64,000 nucleotides of DNA, from positions 1-64,000 of the IMG/VR virus record IMGVR_UViG_3300049491_000850; one strand, written 5' to 3'. Each line of letters begins with the position of its first letter. Position 1 is the first letter of the stretch. Both the position numbers and the translations under genes were made by a program. The notes under the pieces were generated by a model, which did no database searches, was not told the DNA's origin, and saw nothing but the letters and a program-made list of their open reading frames with translations. Source of the stretch: a virus. Shown piece by piece: positions 54,907 through 64,000 of this stretch.

Positions 54907-57396
54907 ATGGCAAAAAAGGTAGGAAAAAGCGAAGTCGATAAGCTGGTAGAAGAACGTACCCGTAACTACAACCTATTGGTTGACCTTCAAAAAAAGGAGT
55001 ACGAAAGTCTTACCCAAATTTTTAACATTGAATCCCAAAGACAAAAATTATTACTTGAAACTCTAAAACTAGAGAACGATAGAAATACTCGATTTGCCGA
55101 ACTTAAAAAACTACAAGAAGATGCTGCCAAGGGTGTTGTTAGTGTTAGTAAAACTACGTTAACCGCACTTGAAAAACAATTAAAGAGAGAACAGGAAAAA
55201 ATCGTTAAACTAAAAACTCAAGAGAAGATTTTGAGAGTAATGAGTAGCATTAAATTACCTGACTTCGGTTCTTTAGGTTCTCTAGGTCTTGATGATAAAG
55301 ACATCCGTAACACAGTTATGGAATTAGGTAAGGGTGTCCAAAGCAGTCAACAAATACGTGATGCATTTTATGATGCAGCACCAAAGGCAGCACAATTAGG
55401 TGCAAGCATGAAAGACCTTTATGCAACTCAAAAAGCATACACAGATGAATCAGGTCGTGCAGTTGCATTGACTGCTCAACAATTAGTCAATATCACTGAG
55501 ATAGGAAAAGGTACAACTCTTGGGGTTGAAGCGGCAGGACAACTTGCAGCACAATTCGAATTGCTTGGTATGAACACGGAAAGAACAAAAGATGTTGTTC
55601 AAAGTATCGTAGACTCTTCTGAAAGAATGGGTGTAAACGTAAATAAGGTTTTGAAAACAATGTCATCTAATTTCAAGACATTGAATACATATGCATTCAA
55701 GGATGGCGTAAAAGGTATGGCGAAGATGGCTCAGTACGCTGAGAAATTTAAAATATCAATTGACGATTCTCTTAGTAGTGCTGACATGGCAAGAAATCTT
55801 GATGGTGCAGTTCAAATGGCTGCAACATTGAATACTCTTGGTGGTAAGTTTGCACAATCTGATCCATTCGAATTATTCCACTTATCAAGAAATGATCCAG
55901 CTAAATATACACAGAAAATTAATGAGATGACCAAAGGTATGGCACAACTTGTTAAGACTGGTGATCAATTCGAATTTAAAATTACTCCTGTTGACTTAGA
56001 CAGAATTAGTGTCGCAGCAGAAGCTACTGGTCAGAAGTTTGAAACAATGGTTGAACAAGCACAACGTATGGCTGAGATTCAACAGATGAATAAACAGTTA
56101 ATGGGCACAGCATTCTCTGCTCAAGATCGTGAATTAATTCAAGGTCTTGCGAAACTTGATTCAAAGTCTGGTATATACAAAGTATTAGGACAAGACATAT
56201 CTAAACTTTCTGCACAACAAGTTGAATCTTTAAAAGTTCAACAAACTACTTTGAAAGATCGTGCAGAAGCAGTTCAAACATTTAACGAGAAATTTGAAAA
56301 TACAATTAACTCTATGAAGTTAACATTGTTACCAATTCTTGATGGTATCAATGCTGTCTTCGACACAATACATCCATACTTAAAAGGTATTGCTGATTTT
56401 ATGGCTAACCAACCTAAGTGGGTTAAGTCAGGTTTAGGATTTGCAGGTGCTTTACTTGCAGGTGGTATGTTATTAGGAAAAGCAGCATCAGCATTTAAGT
56501 CAATTCCTTTCTTAGGAAAACTTATAGGTAGTGGTGCAGCTAAAGGAGTGGGTGGTGCAGTAGGTGGAGCAGCAAAAGGTGCTGGTGGCGCACTTGGTGG
56601 TGCGGTAGGTAAAGGTGGAGGATTAGCAGGTGGTGCTGGAATTGGTTTAGCATCGGCTGGTATCGGTGCAGGTATTGCAGTGGCAGCAGCAGGTATTTCT
56701 AAACTCGCTGATTCAATGGCTAAGTTAGATAAAGATCAGGTTGAAGCACTTGAAACAATAGCAGTCACATTGGCAGTATCGTTTCCACTTGCAGCTATAG
56801 GTATTGGTATTCTTGCAGCAGTGGCTGCGCCAGCAGCTATACCGTTGTTAGCATTAGGTGCAGCAATCTTCGCGATTGGTGCAGGTATTGGTGTGGCTTC
56901 GGCTGGTATTGGATATATGGCAACTGGTTTTGGAACTCTTCTTCAACAAGCAAGTCCTGAAAAAGTATTTGCTCTTGCAGCAGGTGTATCGGCATTAGGT
57001 GCTTCAATGGCAGCGTTGGCTGGTGGAAGTATTTTAGCTTTATTCTCTGGTGGTGGAGCGTTTGCAATGTTGGGATTACTTTCTACTCGTGCTGATGCAT
57101 TTGAAAGAATAGGTAATGCCATGAAAAACATTGCTGTTGTTCTTAACTCTGATGGTGAAGGTTTATCCAAACTTAAAGAAACTCTTGATTCTATTCAAAA
57201 TATAAATTCAGGTGGTGGAATGCTTGGCGAGTTGAAGTCTCTTTTCAAAGAAGGTATTAAAGTTAAGTTTGATGAAAAGAATGTTTCAATGAGTGTTAAT
57301 GTTTCTCTTGAAGTTGATTCTGAGGTTATAGCTAGAAAGACTGCTAAGAAGATAGTTGTATTACACAAGGACTATCAGGACGGTAAGGCAGGTTAA
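54907..57396 (+). CDS. Tape measure protein
   Basis: 829 aa, helical; Gly/Ala-rich hydrophobic C-terminal half; follows the chaperone gene. Confidence 0.85.
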   Translation: MAKKVGKSEVDKLVEERTRNYNLLVDLQKKEYESLTQIFNIESQRQKLLLETLKLENDRNTRFAELKKLQEDAAKGVVSVSKTTLTALEKQLKREQEKIVKLKTQEKILRVMSSIKLPDFGSLGSLGLDDKDIRNTVMELGKGVQSSQQIRDAFYDAAPKAAQLGASMKDLYATQKAYTDESGRAVALTAQQLVNITEIGKGTTLGVEAAGQLAAQFELLGMNTERTKDVVQSIVDSSERMGVNVNKVLKTMSSNFKTLNTYAFKDGVKGMAKMAQYAEKFKISIDDSLSSADMARNLDGAVQMAATLNTLGGKFAQSDPFELFHLSRNDPAKYTQKINEMTKGMAQLVKTGDQFEFKITPVDLDRISVAAEATGQKFETMVEQAQRMAEIQQMNKQLMGTAFSAQDRELIQGLAKLDSKSGIYKVLGQDISKLSAQQVESLKVQQTTLKDRAEAVQTFNEKFENTINSMKLTLLPILDGINAVFDTIHPYLKGIADFMANQPKWVKSGLGFAGALLAGGMLLGKAASAFKSIPFLGKLIGSGAAKGVGGAVGGAAKGAGGALGGAVGKGGGLAGGAGIGLASAGIGAGIAVAAAGISKLADSMAKLDKDQVEALETIAVTLAVSFPLAAIGIGILAAVAAPAAIPLLALGAAIFAIGAGIGVASAGIGYMATGFGTLLQQASPEKVFALAAGVSALGASMAALAGGSILALFSGGGAFAMLGLLSTRADAFERIGNAMKNIAVVLNSDGEGLSKLKETLDSIQNINSGGGMLGELKSLFKEGIKVKFDEKNVSMSVNVSLEVDSEVIARKTAKKIVVLHKDYQDGKAG

Positions 57397-57437
57397 AACC
57401 CCTTAATAGTTATTAATTAATATTAAGTTTAAATATC

Positions 57438-57749
57438 AATAGGAATTCTGTGGTTGAGATTAGTACATAAGAGGACTATACCCTAATCTTTACGATTGAG
57501 TTTAGTCTTATGTACTATTGATTTAACATCAATGAGGTCTGAGTATATCGACCAGTACCTTTACATCATAGGTTGAGTAAAGTCTCTTGCTAATTACGAT
57601 AATCTCCTATTTATCGCTATTCTCCCTCCAAGATTTAAGAGCAGGTGGCAACTGTGAATAGAACCCCGCACAGTAGTTGCCTTTTATACTTTCTTAACGC
57701 TGTCGTATTATTTAAGCCGACCATCAAGAAATGCAATAATAGCGATAAA
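57438..57749. ncRNA. Candidate structured non-coding RNA, family unknown
   Basis: ORF-free gap with two perfect 12-bp stems (57461-72/57506-17 and 57610-21/57738-49) and nested hairpins. Confidence 0.5.
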
Positions 57750-57826
57750 ACCGAAGAAAACAAATAAAGTTTCGAATACGCCCCTTAACTACTTGAAAAT
57801 TAGGTGGAAAAGATAATCAAAAACAC

Positions 57827-57835
57827 GTATTTATG
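57827..57835 (+). promoter_or_regulatory. Late promoter motif GTATTTATG
   Basis: 5 nt upstream of ATG 57841. Confidence 0.65.
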
Positions 57836-57840
57836 ATGGA

Positions 57841-60765
57841 ATGGGAAACATTAGAACAAATCCGCAGTACGAACAAATAAGAACGTTTTTAGAGACTAGA
57901 AACCTCTTTACGCCTGAGAATCCGTATGAACTCAACAGTCCAAAACTGGTTAGAGCAATCAATAGCATAGTTGGATTAGTTCCCGGAAAATCTTTTGACC
58001 TTAGCAATACTGTTATCGGTCGATTGATGGGGCCTAACACTCCAATCGCAGCCATTGGACTTCAACAATACAGTAAGCATCTTGCTCAAAGTGTTGTTAG
58101 TAACGTCATGTCCGATTCAATCCCATCGGTGAACTTTACAAATCTTTTTGATGGTGATCCAACAACAAGATTACTTACAAAGAAAGAAGATTATCGTATC
58201 ACGAGAGATGAAACTAAAACTTCTATCGGAAGACTTCTTGAAGACATTACAAATCAACAACCAAAACTATCATCAACTATTTTTACTGGTCGTGGTAGTT
58301 TAGCACCATTCGATAAATTTCCAAATCAGTTTGATTACATCCGTAACACAGGTAAGGGACAATTAAATCAGTACTACGCAAGTATTGATAAAAACTTATA
58401 TATTCAATCAAGCGAAGATTTTCTTCAAGTAGCAGAAAATCAAGGCTACAAAATAAATAAAGTAACAAAGGCATTATTAAATAAATCATACTTCCCAACA
58501 AACGATCCTGCAAACTTTCCAGATGGACAAGCAGCTTCTGATGACGTTCGTTCTGAGATGGTTTTATTTAGAGAAGATAATCCAGCACAAAGTGTTTCTG
58601 AATATGCTAGTGCTGCTGTTACTGATGCAATGGGTAGAACGAAAAAATCGTTAACACCTAATCTTGCACAGAACTTACCGAATCAAGAACGTGCTGATGA
58701 TTTTGAATTCGATGAAAATAGTTTCGGATTCACAGATGATATTGATAATCAAATTGTGTGGGGTCGTGACACAGAACTTCAATCGAAGTATGGTGTGAGA
58801 TCAGGAGCACTTCTTTATACTAAAGGTTTGTTACAAGCAAGAGGTTCGAGAGGTTACTTCGATCAAACAAAGAAAAAATTCACTGATCCAAAAGGTCAGT
58901 TAATGTATAACGGTTCACCGTTGACCAGAGAACTTGATGGAACTGTAAACAGAAACAGACAAAGTACAATTCTTGATCCATACGATAGATATGCGAAAGC
59001 AATTAGATTTACTGGTAATTCATTTTATGATGCACCAGCAGAATCTGTCATCAACAGAGCAGTAATACCTAAGTTCCATCCAATCATCGATACGAGTAGT
59101 AAGGTTAACAATAGAAATCTTATGTTCAGTATTGAAAACCTTGCATACATTTTGAATGATAAAGGTTATCTTGGTGATTCACTTGGAACAAAAGTTCCTG
59201 AAAGTGAAGTTGGTTATAACAAAGGTAGATTAATGTGGTTTGCTCCTTACGATGTTGAAGTAAGTGAAACTGCTGCTGCAAAATATGAATCAACACAATT
59301 TATTGGACGTAGTGAACCAGTATACTCTTACCAGTCTTCTGAAAGAAGTGCACGTCTTAGTTTTAAATTGATTATTGACTATCCACCACAAGTTGATGGA
59401 AAATCACATGGTGACAACGCCAAGTTCTTTGCGTTCGGTGGTAAGTTCAATGAGAATGCATTGAAGAACGTTGATATTGATAAAGAAGTAGCTTCGTTAT
59501 CCGAACTGGAAACCAGACTGGCTTCAATTCAACCAACAGAAACATTATTGCCACCTGATAATTTACAGGCTGGTGATAAAGCGATATTCTTTTTCCATAA
59601 CGATGGACGAAGTGTAGAACAAGACATTACTCTTGGCTATGAAGATGGTATTGATAACCCCGGAGAAGAAAATGATGATTCATTGAATGCACCTTTCGTT
59701 GCTGCGGTTAATACTATTGTTACTCAAATTTTAACACCTGAGACTTACAAGTATTACAACATAAGTTTTCTTGGTCGTGCTAGTAGACTTTACTACAATG
59801 AGGCAAAAGAAAAGGGTTACAACAAACAATTAGGTTTGGATAGAGCAAGTAGTTTATTGAAGTATGTGGAAACTAAATTTGTTGCTGCAAATAAAGGATT
59901 GACTTTTGCAAAAGCAGGAATCAAGACTAACATTGCAACGATTGGTTCTGACAGTGGTTCAACAGAAGGTAAACTCGAAAAAAATATTTCATTGCTTAAA
60001 GTAAAGCAGGAAAGAAATGCCGTTGTTAGATTAACACCGAACGGAACACTTGAAAAGAAGACCGTAGCATTAACTCCTAGCCAACTTCAAGATAAAGCAA
60101 CATTAGAACAACAGATTCACGATAAGAAGGATTTAATTGCGATAGCAACAAAAGCACAATCCAACGAACGTATCTTCACCGAGAGAAATATCGGTGATAG
60201 AGCATTCAGAGGATTTGAAGCAATGAAGAAGATTACGTTATCTCCTGTATTCCACTCACAGACACCGGAAGACTTCCATAGAAGATTAACGTTCTTGCAT
60301 CAGTGCACAAGACAAGGTAATGCCGTGGTCAATAAAGCAACAGAAGAAACTGGCGTATCGGTTCCAAGAAACTCCGTGTTCGGTAGACCACCAATCTGCG
60401 TATTACGTTTAGGTGATATGTATCACAGTAAGGTAGTTATTGAAACCGTTGACTTTGATTTCACTGAATCGATTTGGGATGTGAATCCAGAAGGTATGGG
60501 TATGCAGTTCATGATTGCCAACATTGATATTTCAATGAAGATCATCGGTGGTCAATCACTCAAAGGTGCTATCGATGTTATCCAGAACGCAGAATCGTTC
60601 AACTACTATGCAAATTCAACTTACTATGGTGATGGTGTTTACAAGTCAGCGAGAAAAGTAGAAGACGCACAAGTCCAAGGTGACAAGACCTTGATAAACG
60701 CTAAACAGCAAGCACGTTTCGGTAAGAACACGGATGGCGATTCTGGTGCTTACGTTCCACTTTAA
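57841..60765 (+). CDS. Baseplate / tail-tube initiator-like protein with inserted OmpA-like domain
   Basis: FIGRSEPVYSYQSSERSARLSF and RPPICVLRLGDMY tube-initiator-like motifs flank ISFLGRAS...YNKQLGLDRASSL...ERNAVV. Confidence 0.65.
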   Translation: MGNIRTNPQYEQIRTFLETRNLFTPENPYELNSPKLVRAINSIVGLVPGKSFDLSNTVIGRLMGPNTPIAAIGLQQYSKHLAQSVVSNVMSDSIPSVNFTNLFDGDPTTRLLTKKEDYRITRDETKTSIGRLLEDITNQQPKLSSTIFTGRGSLAPFDKFPNQFDYIRNTGKGQLNQYYASIDKNLYIQSSEDFLQVAENQGYKINKVTKALLNKSYFPTNDPANFPDGQAASDDVRSEMVLFREDNPAQSVSEYASAAVTDAMGRTKKSLTPNLAQNLPNQERADDFEFDENSFGFTDDIDNQIVWGRDTELQSKYGVRSGALLYTKGLLQARGSRGYFDQTKKKFTDPKGQLMYNGSPLTRELDGTVNRNRQSTILDPYDRYAKAIRFTGNSFYDAPAESVINRAVIPKFHPIIDTSSKVNNRNLMFSIENLAYILNDKGYLGDSLGTKVPESEVGYNKGRLMWFAPYDVEVSETAAAKYESTQFIGRSEPVYSYQSSERSARLSFKLIIDYPPQVDGKSHGDNAKFFAFGGKFNENALKNVDIDKEVASLSELETRLASIQPTETLLPPDNLQAGDKAIFFFHNDGRSVEQDITLGYEDGIDNPGEENDDSLNAPFVAAVNTIVTQILTPETYKYYNISFLGRASRLYYNEAKEKGYNKQLGLDRASSLLKYVETKFVAANKGLTFAKAGIKTNIATIGSDSGSTEGKLEKNISLLKVKQERNAVVRLTPNGTLEKKTVALTPSQLQDKATLEQQIHDKKDLIAIATKAQSNERIFTERNIGDRAFRGFEAMKKITLSPVFHSQTPEDFHRRLTFLHQCTRQGNAVVNKATEETGVSVPRNSVFGRPPICVLRLGDMYHSKVVIETVDFDFTESIWDVNPEGMGMQFMIANIDISMKIIGGQSLKGAIDVIQNAESFNYYANSTYYGDGVYKSARKVEDAQVQGDKTLINAKQQARFGKNTDGDSGAYVPL

Positions 60766-60777
60766 AAGATTTGAATT

Positions 60778-61092
60778 ATGGCAAGACAAGATTACGATAG
60801 ATACGAGATTATGAAGAACACGGACGGGACAATCGACTGGTTGCCGTTCGTTAAAATTTCTGACAGTCCTTCCGACCTTAGTGAGGTATGGGTTTTGGGT
60901 CGTAGTAGATTGGATAAGTTAGCGTTACGTTATTACAACAATCCTTTTTACGATTTTTTCATCCTTTACGCCAATCCGCAATATGCTGACCAGTTCGACA
61001 TCCCGGACGGGGCATTGATCAGAATTCCATTTCCAATAGATCGTGTCAAAATGGAATACGAAACTTTTTTGAGAAATTTTAAGGAAAGTTAA
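60778..61092 (+). CDS. Baseplate wedge protein (gp53/LysM-like)
   Basis: RLDKLALRYYNNP...ILYANP...GALIRIP. Confidence 0.8.
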   Translation: MARQDYDRYEIMKNTDGTIDWLPFVKISDSPSDLSEVWVLGRSRLDKLALRYYNNPFYDFFILYANPQYADQFDIPDGALIRIPFPIDRVKMEYETFLRNFKES

Positions 61093-61102
61093 GGTTTTTC
61101 GA

Positions 61103-61110
61103 TATATTTG
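61103..61110 (+). promoter_or_regulatory. Bacteroidota -7 box TATATTTG
   Basis: Exact TAnnTTTG upstream of the GT cluster; -33 box is only TTTA. Confidence 0.4.
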
Positions 61111-61116
61111 CTTTAT

Positions 61117-61827
61117 ATGAAAAATTTATCGGTCGTTTTCAGCAGTCATTTCACTGATGCTGAAAATGAAAAATTTATAGCCCATCTTAAAGCAACGGCA
61201 GGTGTTAACATTCATGTTGAATGCGTGAAGAATATGAATGAGTATTCTTTACCACAGGCATATAACCTTGCGTGGAAGAAATTGGATGACTTAGGTAGAG
61301 GGCAAGACATTATTGTTTTTTGTCACAACGATTTAACAATTCGTACAGAGAATTGGGGTAAGAAATTACTCGGATTGTTTAAGACGTTTTCTGATTATGA
61401 TATTCTTGGAATTGCAGGAACAACTGAACTAAACGCACACGGTTGCTGGTGGTTAGATAATGGTGGGAAAGAAATGAACCGTACCAAGATGTTCGGTCGT
61501 GTTTGGCACACAAATGGAATCCGGGAATGGGAGAGTGTTTACTCTGAAAATATTCATGGTGTACAACCAGTAGTAATTGTCGATGGATTATTCATTGCCG
61601 TAAATGGTGAGACTGTAGTTAAGCGTTTCAACGAAGACTTCAAAGGGTTTCACTTCTACGATATTACATTTAGTTTCGACAACTATATTGAAGGATGTAA
61701 CATTGGCGTTATTGACAAAATTTCAGTGCTTCACCAATCTGTTGGTCAAACAAACCAAAGTTGGGAATTGAACAGACAGCAATTCGCATCAACTTATGCC
61801 GAAGAATTGCCTGTTCAACATGATTAA
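61117..61827 (+). CDS. GT-A glycosyltransferase-like protein
   Basis: SLPQAYN, IVFCHND, ILGIAG, VDGLFIA, FHFYD; ATG 61117. Confidence 0.8.
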   Translation: MKNLSVVFSSHFTDAENEKFIAHLKATAGVNIHVECVKNMNEYSLPQAYNLAWKKLDDLGRGQDIIVFCHNDLTIRTENWGKKLLGLFKTFSDYDILGIAGTTELNAHGCWWLDNGGKEMNRTKMFGRVWHTNGIREWESVYSENIHGVQPVVIVDGLFIAVNGETVVKRFNEDFKGFHFYDITFSFDNYIEGCNIGVIDKISVLHQSVGQTNQSWELNRQQFASTYAEELPVQHD

Positions 61828-62473
61828 CATTGACAAACTACATGAAGACTTTGACGATACATTACCGATCTCGGTGATTGTACCTATGAGTGATAAGAGA
61901 AGCCATTTTTTTAACAATATGGTTTATCCACTTCTTGAAGCAAATAGACCTGCTGAGATTATTGTAAACAATAATTTTGGTGGTGCACCAAAAAAGAGAA
62001 ATGAAGGATTTGAGAAATCAACCCAACCGTTTCTCTTTTTCTGTGATGACGACATCCTTCTTCCGAAGAATTATCTTGAAAGACTATACAAGTTATTACT
62101 TGCCAATCCTAATAAAGCATATGCTTACACCGGGTATCATGGTATCGTAATGCATCCGAACAGTCATCCAATGAGAGGAAATTTTAATATTCCATCAATT
62201 CCTTTCAATGGCGATAACTTGAGACACGGAAATTATATTTCAACCATGTCTCTTGTTCGTAGAGACTTGTTTCCAAAATTTGATGAATCTTTGAAAAGAT
62301 TACAAGATTGGGATGTTTGGTTAACAATGCTTGGGAATGGTCATGAAGGGATTTTGTTGGAAGGTGCGGAAAATATGTTTTATGCGTATTACTTAGATGA
62401 AGGAATTACATCAAACGGAAATAATGAACGTGAAGCATTGATGGCAGTTGCACAAAAACATAAATTGTACTAA
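61820..62473 (+). CDS. GT2 glycosyltransferase
   Basis: ISVIVP, RNEG, FFCDDD, FDESLKRLQDWDVWL. Confidence 0.88.
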   Translation: MINIDKLHEDFDDTLPISVIVPMSDKRSHFFNNMVYPLLEANRPAEIIVNNNFGGAPKKRNEGFEKSTQPFLFFCDDDILLPKNYLERLYKLLLANPNKAYAYTGYHGIVMHPNSHPMRGNFNIPSIPFNGDNLRHGNYISTMSLVRRDLFPKFDESLKRLQDWDVWLTMLGNGHEGILLEGAENMFYAYYLDEGITSNGNNEREALMAVAQKHKLY

Positions 62474-63615
62474 TGAAACGAGAAAAAACCAACATCAAGA
62501 AGATAATAAAGGCAAAAATAAATCTAAGTGAAAAGAAAAGCACTGGAAAACCGATATTAACTCAAAAGAGACCGCAGGTAATTACTGCGCGAGAAAGAAT
62601 TATGGAAGAGTACAGAGAGACCCCAATCAAAAAACACAGTAAACAAGATACTGCATATCACCTTGGAAGTCCAAATGTGAATAATACTGATGAAAATGGT
62701 AAACCGATACCATTAAAAAGTTATAGTAAGCAAGAAACTGCTTATGCACTGAGTAATCCAAATTCCAAAAAGCCAGAACCAATTGCACAAATACCGAAAA
62801 TAAAGAAACCACATGTAGACATTCCTGTTGTGTTAAAAGATTATGGCACTTACGTTAAAAAAGAAGATGTTGAAGTTGATTTGGTAATTTGTGTTTGTTC
62901 TGTTGAAAGATATGATAAGGTTAAAAGACTTTTAGATCAGATTTATAGCCAAGAAACCAAGTACACTTTTCAATTTAATTTAATGGATGATGGTTCTTTT
63001 GATGAAAGATATAAAGAATTACCACAATTGTTTCCGAAACTTAATTATATAAGAAATGTAGTAAACGGTGGAAAAATGAATTACTGGCGAACAGTCAACA
63101 GACTATGGAGTATCGCTAGTAAAAAGAATTCACATGCATTTATGCAAATTGATGATGACTTCATACTATGTGAAAATTTCATTGACAGAGCAATGGATGA
63201 ATTCTTCAAGAAGAAAGAAGAGAACAATCAATTCATGGTATTCACTTATCATGTTTATGGATATGATCGCAATAAACCACCTGCTGATTGGTGGTATAAT
63301 GGTGTATCAATAGCAATTGACGGAGGAACAATATTCGATAGTCGATTTGCAAGTCTTTGGAATTTCAATGTCAACATTGGAGAGAGATATATTGCAGAAC
63401 ATACAAGTACTTTTGTTTGGGACACTATTGTTCAATACATAAGAGATTTTGGTGTTCGTGTTTATCGTTTCCCAAAGTCACTAGCATGGCATGATGGTAA
63501 TTTTGATTCGAAACTACATTTCGAGACAAGAAAAATAAAGAAATCGTATACGAAGAATTTTATCGATGGCGATGATAAGTATGACCTTGATAAAGAATTT
63601 AATGAAGTCGCATGA
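62473..63615 (+). CDS. GT-A glycosyltransferase with basic repeat-containing N-terminus
   Basis: LMDDGS, MQIDDD, WHDG. Confidence 0.75.
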   Translation: MKREKTNIKKIIKAKINLSEKKSTGKPILTQKRPQVITARERIMEEYRETPIKKHSKQDTAYHLGSPNVNNTDENGKPIPLKSYSKQETAYALSNPNSKKPEPIAQIPKIKKPHVDIPVVLKDYGTYVKKEDVEVDLVICVCSVERYDKVKRLLDQIYSQETKYTFQFNLMDDGSFDERYKELPQLFPKLNYIRNVVNGGKMNYWRTVNRLWSIASKKNSHAFMQIDDDFILCENFIDRAMDEFFKKKEENNQFMVFTYHVYGYDRNKPPADWWYNGVSIAIDGGTIFDSRFASLWNFNVNIGERYIAEHTSTFVWDTIVQYIRDFGVRVYRFPKSLAWHDGNFDSKLHFETRKIKKSYTKNFIDGDDKYDLDKEFNEVA

Positions 63616-64000
63616 GTATAAGTGTAATACTAAACGTATATAAGAGACCAGATAAATTGGAAGAACAGATTCGTGCAATAAAGGCACAATCAATTCCTAT
63701 TAAAAGTGAAGATATTCACGTTTGGTATAATAAAAGTGATGTCCCACAGGTCTTACCACAAGATAAGGCAATTAAGACTTATCAAAGTAGTTGGAATACA
63801 AAGTTTCATGGAAGATTTACAATTCCACTTCTTTGCAGAACGAAATACATCGCAATTTTTGATGATGATATTCTTCCATACAAAGATTGGTTGAAGAATT
63901 GTGTTGAATCAATTGAAAAGAAGGAAGGAATTTATGGGGCAAGTGGTGTTCTGCTTAATACACCACAGTCATATCGTAATCATGTGAAGTACGGTTGGAA
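63612..64000 (+). CDS. GT-A glycosyltransferase, runs off the right edge (missing from the ORF track)
   Basis: ATGA overlap; MSISVILNVYKRP...KFHGRF...IAIFDDDILP. Confidence 0.8.
   Translation, partial: MSISVILNVYKRPDKLEEQIRAIKAQSIPIKSEDIHVWYNKSDVPQVLPQDKAIKTYQSSWNTKFHGRFTIPLLCRTKYIAIFDDDILPYKDWLKNCVESIEKKEGIYGASGVLLNTPQSYRNHVKYGW

Noticed and set aside
57399-57788. CCCCTTAA direct repeat (57399-406 and 57781-88) flanking the structured element as a target-site duplication
   Set aside because: An 8-mer match within ~430 nt of AT-rich DNA is expected by chance; no terminal inverted repeats or transposase
62641-62746. KQxTAY motif as Illumina adapter contamination (KQKTAYEI)
   Set aside because: The DNA does not match CAAGCAGAAGACGGCATACGAGAT, and the two copies differ from each other
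1-64000. Alternative genetic code (stop-codon recoding as in Lak or some crAss-like phages)
   Set aside because: Core genes are full length in code 11; TAG ends the portal and helicase genes and TGA ends others at sensible positions
1-64000. CRISPR array, tRNAs, introns or inteins
   Set aside because: No repeat-spacer periodicity or cloverleaf was seen; TerL, portal, MCP, sheath and helicase are uninterrupted and show no intein motifs

Overview
This window is the virion morphogenesis region of a large, AT-rich, T4-related myovirus (jumbo-phage type), read in the standard genetic code. A Bacteroidota host is likely: leaders are A-rich and lack Shine-Dalgarno sites, TTTG-N19/20-TAnnTTT(A/G) promoter-like sites are present, one secreted protein has Gln after its signal peptide, and one lipoprotein has an acidic tract after the Cys. 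Head genes: TerL, portal, prohead protease, scaffold, major capsid, neck and head closure. Tail genes: completion protein, sheath, tube, gp5-like spike, hub-like protein, chaperone plus tape measure, baseplate proteins and an SLT+M15 murein hydrolase. Non-structural cassettes are interleaved on both strands: UvrD-like helicase, ThyX, three nucleotidyltransferases, an HD hydrolase, KTSC, ClpP-like protease, PD-(D/E)xK nuclease, PhoH, a gp55-like sigma factor and six glycosyltransferase-like genes. Best leads: (1) an ORF-free, heavily base-paired ~310-nt element after the tape measure gene (candidate ncRNA); (2) a capsid-docking helix shared by the scaffold C-terminus and putative packaged cargo proteins; (3) a T8 slippery site in the gene before the tape measure, where the long form is the in-frame product; (4) three promoter classes, including a late motif TATTTAT that is the reverse complement of the T4 late promoter and an ECF-like xxAA(C/G)-N16-CGTATAA motif; (5) a miniaturised tail-tube paralog. 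All family assignments come from motif recognition by eye; no database searches were run.
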